In this document: positions 25,341 through 35,862 of the stretch, piece by piece
How the letters are laid out: each line of letters opens with the position of its first letter
How positions within the stretch are numbered: the stretch's first letter is position 1
Assembly: GCA_029717555.1 (NCBI GenBank)
Contig: JAMDHS010000043.1
Location: forward strand, 62,001 to 126,000
DNA: 64,000 bases
Direction of reading: 5' to 3'
Source: Peribolospora baueri
Taxonomy: Eukaryota
Notes under the pieces: generated by a model
The model's database searches: none
Told to the model about the DNA's origin: nothing
Seen by the model: the letters and a program-made list of their open reading frames with translations, nothing else
Program-made: the position numbers and the translations under genes

Positions 25341-28300
25341 ATGAGCCAACCCTCCACCACCAACGCGACCAAGACTCAGACGACAAGCAGCAGCGCCCCC
25401 GCCACCGCTTCCTCCGCCTCGACCGCTACGACGACACCGGCGTTCAAGTGAGCCTGTTCTCGCACGTGGTCTTTGTCTCCTCCTCCTTGCTCACCTCTCC
25501 TTGTCTTTGCCTCTCCCACCAGCTACGCGCAAGCCGCGGCAAAGTCCAAAGCATCGTCGACCGCCGGCACCGACGCATCCAGTGGAGCATCGACCCCCGC
25601 GCACGCCTCAGCAGCCGCCTCCCAATCCGGTTCGAACGACAGCCCTGCCCCCGCCGGCAAGAACGCCAATGCCTCGACCACCCAACAACACAACACAAAG
25701 GTCTCCATGCCGCCCTCCGCCGCCTCTGCTTCGTCTCCCCCTACGCCCTCGACCACCACCGCAGCCGCTCAGACCCCTCAGGTCGCCGTAAACGGCCAGC
25801 ACTCCAGGAGGTCCTCCGGCGTCTCCTTCGCCTCGGCCAACGGCGGCGTCCGGAGGTCCCAATCCATCAACTTTGGCTCGGTGCAGGATCAGAACGCCAT
25901 CCTCTCCTCCTCCCCCGCCGCCAACCCCAGCACCGGCGGTCATCTCCAGGGAAGCCACCCCGCCGCCTTCGGCTCCGTCCAGGCGCAAGCTCCGCGAGAG
26001 AAGATCGTCGGCTTTGGCACCGGCGCTCGTCCCCACCACGAACAGTCCGCGTCCTCATCCGCGTCCGCCTCCGCGCCCACCGCCGCCGCGTCGACGACCT
26101 CGGCCACCTCTTCTCCCTCCACCCCCTCCGCCCCCGCTCAGGCGAGGCAGGTGCCCGACTTCAACAAGCTCTTCCAGGGCAGCGGCAGCAGCGCGCCGGC
26201 GTCCCAGGCCCAAGCCTCGCAGGCCAACCCGCCCCCGCCCAACGGCGCCGCCGGTGCGGCCACCGGCACTCATCACGCCGTCTCTCCTTGGCCCGTGCCC
26301 GCCACCGCCGTGCAGGGGACGCCTCCGACGCACATCCAGCATCTCCCGCCGATGACTGCCGCCCCTCCGGCTTTCCAACCCGGACAGCACCCCCACCTCC
26401 GGCCACCGCCGCCCGCGGGTCAGCAGCAGCATCACCAGCACCAGCGCTCCTTTGAAGCTCACCACCCGCGCTCGCCCAGTCAGCCGGTCGTCCCCGGTCA
26501 GCCGCCCGGATCGCCCTATCAGCAGCACCACCCTCATCATGTGCAGCATCGCGGCCCTTCCGCCAAGTATCCTCCCGCCTCGCCCGGTATGCCCAACGCC
26601 ACTCTTTCCTCCATGCAAATGACCGGTCCGCCACAGCAACCGTGGCCCCAGCAGCAAGCGTATATGGTTAGTCTCTATTTTGCCCACTTCGTCTCCTTCT
26701 TCGCACCCTCGTTGGCTTACCTTGCCCTGGATGGCTCCCAGTCCTATCCTACCGCTCAGATGTATGGCTACTATCCCTACCCCGCCTACGAGATGCCGCC
26801 GGCCTCGCCTCGCCATCCGAATATGCCCTCCTCTCCCATGATGCCTGGCCCGCAGGCTCCCATGTCTCCGGCCCATGCCCACGCCAACGCGCAGATGCGT
26901 ACCCCCGGACCGCCAGCCACCCATCCTCAGTCGCCGGCCACCAACCCCATGTCCCTCTCTTCCTCTCAGCATCCCCCTGGCAGCACGCCCGGCCCCTCTT
27001 TCCCCAACCAACCTTCCTCGACGTTCACCCCCGGTCACGGTCTCAACCCGAACAGCACGAGCTTTGCGCCGCGCAAGAGTTCGGCGGTCAAGATCGTCAA
27101 CCCGAACACCCAGGAGCCGGTCGACTTCAAGGCCGCCGCCACTTCCTCCCCTTCCGCTTCTCCTGCACCCGCCAAGTCCGTCGCCGTCGCGGCACCGCCG
27201 ACGTCTTCCCCGGCCCCCGCGCCGTCCACGCCTTCCAAGTCCGTCGCCGCCGCCGCGCTTCAGGACGACTTTTTGAAGAAGGTGCGCGAGGCTAAGGAGG
27301 AAGCCGACCGGCGCAAGAAGGAGGAGGCGGCCAAGAAGGCGCAGGAGGAGCTCGAAGCTAAGGAACGGGCTGAGCGCGAGGCCAAGGAGAAGGAGGAGAA
27401 GGAGCGGCTGGAGAAAGAGCGCAAGGAGCAAGAGGAGCGCGAGACCAAGGAACGCGCTGAATGCGAGGCTCGCGAGGCTGAGGAGAAGGCAAAGGCCGAG
27501 GTGAGTTGTGTGCCATAACCAACACCGCTTGGCGGTGACAGAGACCGACGATGTCTCACACGTCCATCCCATCCCTCTCTTCTTCAGGCCGAGGCCGCAG
27601 AGGCCAAGCGAAAGGCGGAGGAAGAGGCTGCGGCGCGCAAGGCCAAGGAAGACGTCGAGCGCAAGGAGCGCGAGGCCGCCGAGGCGGAGAAGAAGGTCAA
27701 GGAAGAGGCAGAGGCCGAGGCCAAGGCCAAAGAGGAGGAGGAGGCCAAGAAGGTCAAGCAGGACAAGGTGGCGAAGGAGGAGGCCAAGAAGGCCAAGCTC
27801 GTCGAGGAAGAGGTTCATCTCGCGACCCAGGAGAAGATCGAGGCCGAGGGTAAGAAGCCCGCGGACGCTGCCAAGGAGGCGGCCGCCGAAGTCAAGGCGG
27901 ACTCGGCGGCGGACGCGGACAAGCTTTCGACGACCTCGGCCACTCCTTCTTCTTCTGCTGCTACCCCTTCCGATCGGCCATTCACTCCTGCCGCCACCTC
28001 TGGCATCGCCGGCCTGCCCCCTCGGCCCGTCAACGGTCTCGCTGACCCTTCGCCTTCGCCTTCCACCCTGCCGTCGCCCGGCGGCAAAAAGGTGCGGCCG
28101 ATGCCCGGTCCTCTCGACCTGTCGGCCAAGTCGCTCAACCGCGGCGACCCGTCGCTGCCTTCGGCGCCTGCCTCCGCGTTGGGCACCGCCCGCATCATCG
28201 AGGACATCAACAAGGTGTCCTACCCGGAGGGCATCCAGTCTCCCAAGCCCGACCTCAACACTTCTGCCGAGCCTGGCCGCTTCCGGTACGACCGCGACTT

Positions 28301-30900
28301 CCTCCTGCAGTTCATGAACGTCTACCGAGAAAAGCCGGAGAACATGCCCCCGCTCGCTTCCATCGGCATGGGCCAGGACCAGAATCGGGTGCCCAGCGGC
28401 GGCAGAGGCGCTCCCGGTCGCAAGCCGTCTGGCATGGTGCCCCCCATGGGCGGCATGGCCGGCAAGGCGGGCACGCCTCTCGGCTTGCCCGGTATGATGG
28501 GCGGCCCTGGCGGTGCGTTCGGCGCGGGGATGGGCAACTTCCAGCACCCGGGTAAGGCGACCAGTGAGATGAGGTTCGCCACCCACCGCCCTCAGGGTGG
28601 GCCGTTTCCCAGCGCGATGGGCGCGTTCGGCGCGAACAACCGTGGGCAGCCGATTTCGAGGACTACGAGCGGCAGCGCCATGCTCCCCGGCTCCGGCTTG
28701 CCCGGTCAGCCCGGCGGCGGGCGCGTGCGGAGCAACCCGAGCAGGAAGCGTGGCGAGGCCAAGCGGGAGATGCCGCCTTCTGCTGGCGGTCCCACTATCC
28801 CCTACGACCAGGTCGCGCCCCTGAACCCGTCGGAGAACCGTTGGGTGCCGACGATCGGCAAGAACAGCAGCGGCCTCAAGCCCGATTCGCCAGAGATGGT
28901 GCAGCGCAAAGTCAAGGCGCTGCTGAACAAGTTGACGCTGGAAAAGTTTGACAGCATCACGAACCAGATCTTGGAGTGGGCGAACAAGTCGGTGAACGAG
29001 AACGACGGACGGACGTTACGACAGGTGATTCAGCTGACGTTTGAAAAAGCGACGGACGAGGCGGCTTGGTCGGAGATGTACGCCCGACTGTGTCGCACGC
29101 TCATGGAGCACCTCGACCCGGGGGTCAGGGACGACAGCGTGAAGACGAGCGAAGGCGAACCCGTGACCGGCGGCGTGCTGTTCCGCAAGTACCTCCTCAA
29201 TCGGTGTCAGGAAGACTTTGAGCGTGGCTGGGCCCATCGCGATGCCACGCTCGCTGCTGCCAAGTCCAAGGAGGCGGAGGACAAGGCGAAACAAGAGGCC
29301 AACGAAAAGGCAAAGGCGGACGCGGACGCGGAGGGCAAGGAGGAGCCCAAGGAAGCCGAGCTTTTGTCGGAAGAATACTACGAAGCGCAAAAGGCCAAGC
29401 GACGCGGTCTCGGACTGATCAAGTTTATCGGTGAATTGTTCAAGCTGCAGATGCTCACGGAGCGCATCATGCACGTCTGTCTCAAAAAGCTGCTCAGCAA
29501 CGCCATCGACCCGGAGGAAGAGGAGATTGAATCGCTGTGCAAGCTCATGTCGACTGTCGGCAAGCTTATCGATAATCCAAAGGCCAGGAAACATATGGAC
29601 ATTTACTTCCAGCGCATGAACCAGATGCTCGAGAGCAGTTCGATCAACTCGAGAATGCGGTTTATGCTTTTGGTGAGGAGTCTCCGCCCCACGTCTTTGG
29701 AAATCCGACTCACTTATTTATCTTTCCTTTTCTTCTCGACTCGACTTCACAGGACGTGATCGAACTTCGACAGCACCAATGGGTTCCCCGACACGACACG
29801 GCCGCGCCAAAGACCATCGCCCAGATTCACGAGGATGCCGCCCGACAACAGGCGGCCAAGGACGCAGAGGATTACGCGCGCCGGATGGGCAATCGGGGTG
29901 GTCCGGCCGGCATGCCTCGCGGCGGATCCCGACGAGGACAGTCTCGACAAGAATTTGGCGTCCCGCCCGCCGGTCCCGACGGTTGGAGCACTGTAGGCGG
30001 ACCCCAACCCCCCGCCCGTCCCGCCAAGGCTGGCGATTTGAGCAACTTTGGCAAGATCGACCGCACGGGCGGCAATCGTCCATTGTCCTTTGGCCCCAGC
30101 AACGTGTTCGCCAAGAAGAGCAAGGGCGGCGAAGACTCGAGCGGCCCGCCGTCCCGCGTGCCGTCATCGTCCAACTTGTCGTCAACGAACATGTTCGACG
30201 CGCTTTCTGCCGAGGCCGCCGGTCAAGAGGCTGCTGCCGGGCCGAAGAAGGCGGCGCTGTCCGAGAGGCCCAAGCTCAACCTCCAGCCGCGAACGAAGCC
30301 GTTGCCCGGTCAGGAGGAAGAGAAGAAGGAGGCCGAGGCCGAGGCCGAGGCCAAGGAGGCTGACGAGGGCGGAAAGGAGGACGAGACTGCTACGAAGCGC
30401 AAGATTGACAATGACGTCAAAGAGTGAGTAGTCCGTCTTGCCCCCCGTCTCTCCTTCGCGTATTTTGCTGACCACGTCGGTTCTCGTCTGCCTTGGCCCG
30501 CGACGACAGGTTCCTCGAGATCAAGAACATTGCCGAAGGCGTCGAGGCGACCAATGCTTTGTCTCAATCTCGAAGATCGGACTTTGTATCCGCGCTCATC
30601 GCGGCGGCGCTGGAGAAGAAAAAGGACGACGTGGAGGCGGTGGCCGAGCTGTTTGGAAAACTCAAGGAAGACGACGTGGTCAGCGCGTCTGCCTTCGAGG
30701 CTGGCTTCAAGCCGCAGCTGCAGTACCTCGACGACGTCAGCATCGACATTCCTAACGCGTACTCGTTCATGGCCACCCTGCTCGCCTCGGTCAAGCTGCC
30801 GCGCGAGACGGTGGAGAGCTTGGCTAACTCGATCGAGGGCGAGGGTATGACGCCGCCTTCGGCGAAGTTCCTCAAAAAGTACGACGAGATGGCAGCTTAG
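25341..30900 (+). CDS. TIF4631: Translation initiation factor eIF4G
   Basis: eIF4E-binding motif FRYDRDFLLQF; MIF4G domain (VQRKVKALLNKLTLEKFDSIT, FEKATDE, FRKYLLNRCQEDFE, GLIKFIGELFK, SRMRFML|..PKTIAQIHEDA); C-terminal MA3-like region. Stop TAG at 30898-30900. Confidence 0.96.
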
Positions 30901-31806
30901 GTGCGTCTTTCCCTTCACTCGGTCCCTCGTCGCCGTGTCCATCATCGCTGACCGCTGCCTGCCCTCGTGCTTGCGTCATCGCCAGGCTTGCCGTCGGCCT
31001 ATGAGCACGTCTTCGTTCATCGAACGTTCTATCGTACGTATGTTTTAGCTACGCACCGCTTTCGTTTCGCGCGCTCGGAGGGGCCCTCCGTGCACTTCGC
31101 CGCCTACGATACGACAGCGGCAGCGGCACGTCGTCGTCGTCGTCGTCGTCGTCGTCCCTCGCTCGTTTCGCTCGTTCGCTCGCCCTGGCCGTTCACGCAA
31201 GTCCATCCATGCCTTCCTGTTATATATACCTCACCGCCGTCTCGTATCGGCCTTTCCAATAGCATTCTCGTTCGACCCGTGTCTCCGTGTGGCTGCCGAT
31301 CTTGCTTCCGACTGGGGGGGATACACAGAAATAAGAGAAGCGGGGAGATGAGCGCACGACGAACACGGTACCCGCCCGGCTCGCCGGCAGCGTTGGGCCC
31401 GGTCGGTCGGTGGGCCCGTGATAGCCGCAGCATCGCCGTGCGATTGCACATGCTGAGACTGACCGACCGGGCGTGCCAAGGGGCAAAAGCTCCAAATCGA
31501 CGACGAAGCCCGGACGGAGAGAAGGGAGTTCGTTGTTGTCGTTGTCGTTGTCGTTGTCGTTGTCACCTCACCCCATCGCATTGCATCTTACTTCGTCTTC
31601 CCCGCGACAGCCCCTCCTTCTTTCGCTTCGCTTCCCATCGTCCCACCACTCCCTACCCGCCTACTACACTCGAGGACGTACCGTACCGAGCTCGGCGAAC
31701 ATACCCCGACGTCGTCGTACCCCTTTCCTTTCCTTTCTTTTCCTTACACCAGGACGAGCACGCGAGGACTTTTTTTCTCTCGTCGTCCACATTCGCACGC
31801 ACGAAT

Positions 31807-34707
31807 ATGTCGTCGGAGGAAGACGTCATCGACGCTCTCTTCGATCGGACCGTCGTGAGTCTCGCAGTCGCAGTCTCGAACCGGTTCGCTTTGTCGTCGT
31901 CTGCGGCCTCGGGGACCGGTAAGGTAACGTCATCTTTGACATCATCTTTTCCTCCTCCTCCCTCTTCCCACACCGTCTTCTTCAGGACATCGTCCAAAGG
32001 TGAGCGAGCGAAGGCGCTCCGCTCCGGCTCGACCTCGACGCGCCGAACGTCCGTCGCTCACTTTTGTCCCGAGTGCGGTTTCGTCTTCGTCCCCCCTCGC
32101 TTCGCCTCGCCCCTCCCCGGCAGTTTACCGAAGACGGGTCCTATACAGACGTCGTATGAGGAGAAGCTTTCGCTTTATAGGTGAGACTGTGTTGGGCGGG
32201 CCCCGGTTGAATGAATGGCCGTTGAATGAATGGCCGTTGAATGAATGGCCGCCGCTGGTCTTGGTCTATCCGTTCGGCTCGGTCTGTCTTGGTGCCATGT
32301 GAATGCACGGACGGACGGACGGACGGCTGACTTTTTTGTCCTGCCGCTTCTCTTCTTCTCTCAAGCCTTTACAAACAGGGTGAGTAAAGGTCGCTCGAGG
32401 TCGATACTGTGGTAAGGCATCATCGGCATCACGCTCATCCCTCCATTCTTCGTATCCCTCTCCCTTGTGCCGCCGCTCACAGCGACCGAAGGCGATGTGC
32501 GCTCTTCGAGACCGTACGTATCGGACCTCCTTTGCTCGGAGCCGCCTCCCCTTGATTCGACCAGCGCCCTTGACCCTCTCTGCTATCGCCCCCTTCGTCC
32601 CAACGCAGTGGCATGTTCGACATGCTCGGCAGAGCCAAATGGTGGGCTCCACGACGAACCAGTCTCTTGGCGACGTCGTCTTATGGAGTGCATGCGCACC
32701 TCTCACCTCGTCCTCTCTTCTATCCTTTACCCTTCTCTCCTTTACCCTTCTCTCCGGCACATCTAGGGACGCTTGGGCCAAACGAAAGGGCACCCCTCGG
32801 TTGGATGCCAAGAGGATGTACGTGGAGAGCATGTTCAAGGTGAGCCGTCCTCCGTTCTCTCGGTTTCCTCGTGGATATATTTCGCGGTTTGAAGACCATG
32901 GCCGTCGGTTTGCTCATTCCCTTTCCTCCGCTCCCTTCAGATCCTCCGAAAGTACAGCGACCGACCGCAGGCTGTCGCTCTCATTCAAGAACTAGAGAAT
33001 TTTGGCGGGGACGTCTCCTCGATGGCCATGAGCGGTGAGCCGTCCGAGCGCTCGCCTTCGTGCACGACGCTCGCCGCAGCTGACTGACAAATTCTCCACC
33101 TGCCATTCGACTTAGGTTCCCTCACGAGAGATACTGACGAGGATTCCTCCTCATCCCAAGAGGATCTCGATCTGTCAACAATTACGCCGGCAGAGTATTA
33201 CGAGGACGATCAGGTGGACGACCGATTGCCTTCTTTCACGTCCCCATCGGGTCCACGTCCCAGTTCATCTCAGGCGAGCCGTGCCGGTCCTTCTGGAAGC
33301 TCCACCGGTCGCACTACGCCTCGTGTCCTTGGCACATCTCTTCGTCGGCCCGGCTCCCCCGCGGCGGCGGGACGGTTGGATGATCGAGCCGCGTTGCCTC
33401 GCTCATCCAGTCAGAACTCGAGCCCGAGCCAGACCCCACTGGGCCTATACGACGAGAGAGGCGCTCCCCCGCCCGGCCGTGCGCCGTCGAGGCAGGCGTA
33501 TCCTTTCCCTCCCGGCCCGCCGCCTCCTCAGCACCGCTCATCGGCCGGGTTCGGCACCCCATCCACCGTCCGCCCTCCTTCTGCTCTGGGTCCAGCGGCA
33601 GGCCAAACGGACACGAGTTTGGACCGCGGAGAGCGACACGCGGGCAGTGCCGCTCCGAGCTCCGTCCCATCTGGCCTCCAGACTTTCCACCCCGCGCCCT
33701 CTTCGCCCTCCCTTTCGTCTTCGCATGCCATTCAACACTATCCGCCTGGCCACCCTCTCGCCGGACATACCCCGAACGTGCTTGGTGTTGGCGGCCCTTC
33801 CTCCACTACCGGAGACTTCCCTCGAGCGTTGCAGTCACACTACCCTTCCAATGCCTCCTCGGCCGCCTTGCCCCATCATCTATTATCTGGCCGAGCGGGT
33901 GGGCCCAGCGGCGACGCGGCGAGCCTGCGCACGCTCTACTCCGACGTTCCGGGCTCGCGCGATCCGGCCGGCCTCGCACGTGCCCAAGGCATGGAGCGAG
34001 CCCTCGAAGCGATCCAAGTCTCCCTTGCGGCCTTGCACGAACGGTGTCAGCGGTTGGAGGTCCTCCTCGGCGGTACGCCCGCCCCCAGCGCTGGTTCCGG
34101 AGAAGGTGGTGCTCCGAGGCGCGGAGGCACGCCTGGCCCGTCGACTGCGGCCGCAGGAGCGGGAGGAGCTGGGTGGGGTAGGATGCGCGCACAGTCGCGG
34201 CCGCTGTGGACGCTTGCCCGAGTGGTCCGCACACTCACCACGCCGTTCGTGGACGCCTGGGCGGATGTGACCTCCATCCTGCGTCTGGAGAGATCCGAAG
34301 GGACCGGCGCGACGAGGCTCGTCGGCCTGGGGCCGGGACAGTCGATCAGCGACCGTCACGCCTTCTCGCCCGGCATGGGCGGCCGACCGCGAGGATCGGA
34401 CGCCCGTCGGGGCAGGCAACGCGGGCCGTTGGAGCTGACTGTGGCGTTGATGGGCTTCCTCCTCCGTCTATGCATCGCCACCCTCAACCTCGTCATCCGC
34501 CTCGGCCTGGACCTCAGCGCCGTCGCCTTGGTCGTCACCCTCATCGCCGCCGTGTGGGTCAAGGTCACCGGTCGGGGGCATCCGTTGATCGTGCTGGCCG
34601 TCTGGAGGAGGATCCTCTTGAGGGGTCGCAGGAACACTGCCAGAGCGGGCGCCGTCATGGACGCCGCGGTGAGAGGTGCCGCGAACAGGGTGGTGACGCC
34701 TCGATGA
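31807..34707 (+). CDS. Acyl-CoA-binding domain protein with C-terminal hydrophobic segments (ACBD5/Atg37-like)
   Basis: Spliced ACBP domain FDRTVDIVQSLPKTGPIQTSYEEKLSLYSLYKQATEGDV..RPGMFDMLGRAKWDAW; coiled segment ERALEAIQVSLAALHERCQRLE; hydrophobic LSAVALVVTLIAAVWV near the C-terminus. Confidence 0.85.
32206..32250. repeat. 15-bp tandem repeat (GTTGAATGAATGGCC)x3 in an ACBP intron
   Basis: Three perfect copies. Confidence 0.95.
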
Positions 34708-35862
34708 ACCTCTTACCTGACTGCTGTGTCCGAGCGGGGTGTCCTTTTGTTTTTCCCGTGGAGATGCCATGCCATCGAAAGCTAGCCTTGGCTCGTCGAA
34801 TTCCTCACTGGGTACCTCGCCAAGCGAAGGCACTTGGAGATGGCCTCGCCTGTTTCTGATGAGCGGAAAGCTCCCGGTGGCTCCGACTGCGCTTTGCCTT
34901 TCCACCTTGTGCTTCACACATTTCGTCCCTCGTCCCTCGTCCCTCGCCCCTCGCCCCTTTGTGTGATATGACTTTTCAAGGGGGAAGAAAAGAGTCGAGT
35001 TGGAACCGAAGCTCGAACGAAAACTCGCAGTAAAACCAACCTGGCACTGCGGGGCCGAGTGATGAAATGAAAACGTGTAAAGATCAATGTAAACGTTAAT
35101 AAAAACGTAAATGGACTCGCGCATCAAAAGCGTCGGGCCGACGACGGCCAACTGGCACCCCAACTCGGCCGGCCGTCTGGGAGATGAGAAAAACGGCATG
35201 TCGGTCGGTTTCTGAAGAGGTGGGGCCTGCTGCGCTCGCTGTGCACTCGTCCTCTATCAGTCTCACATGGATCGTCTGTCCATCGCCTACCTACCTACCT
35301 ACGTACCGCGCCGCGCTCGACGTCCTCATCGCATCGTTTCGTACACATGCATCACCGTCTGTCCGTCTTGGGCGTCCGAGGAGGAGCGCCGTCTGTCTGT
35401 CTTCTCTCTAGCACATGTGAGGACGAGACTTAAGACCGAGCGACTGGCGCGCACGCACGGACAAGGGAGGGGCACGGCGATGCGTTGCCGAAGTTGATAA
35501 AATGTATATAGAGTATATCCAAGAGGTGTAGGTAGGTGTATGTAGAGATGGAGAGAGAGAGTGAGCGCGCGCCCGGGGTGACTGGGGCGGGGGCGGGGAT
35601 GGCGGGTAGAGAACAAAGCAGAGCGGGAGGAGTGTGTGGTACGGTTTTCGTTTTTAGGGGGGTGGGAAGGAGGGAGGGGACCACGGGGACGGGGACGTGC
35701 GTGCGTCTCGACGACGCTCGCTAACTGGCAGGCAGCTCGGGGGGAAAGGAGGGGGGAGAGGAGATGCGACGAACGGAGAAGAAAATAAAGGAGATGTCTC
35801 GGCGGCACGGATCAGAGTCGCGTCCGTACGAGCGGGGTAAATGACGATACTCCGCCCTACGT

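Noticed and set aside
26055..28586. 843-aa antisense ORF over eIF4G, and many similar long shadow ORFs
   Set aside because: Mirror of GC-rich codon usage on the coding strand; no recognisable motifs.
30967..32184. 405-aa ORF between eIF4G and ACBP
   Set aside because: Non-ATG start, microsatellite-derived sequence, and it reads through ACBP introns.
35055..35215. GTGATGA ... CTGA as a possible C/D-box snoRNA
   Set aside because: No terminal stem or recognisable guide; it lies in AT-richer sequence between convergent genes.
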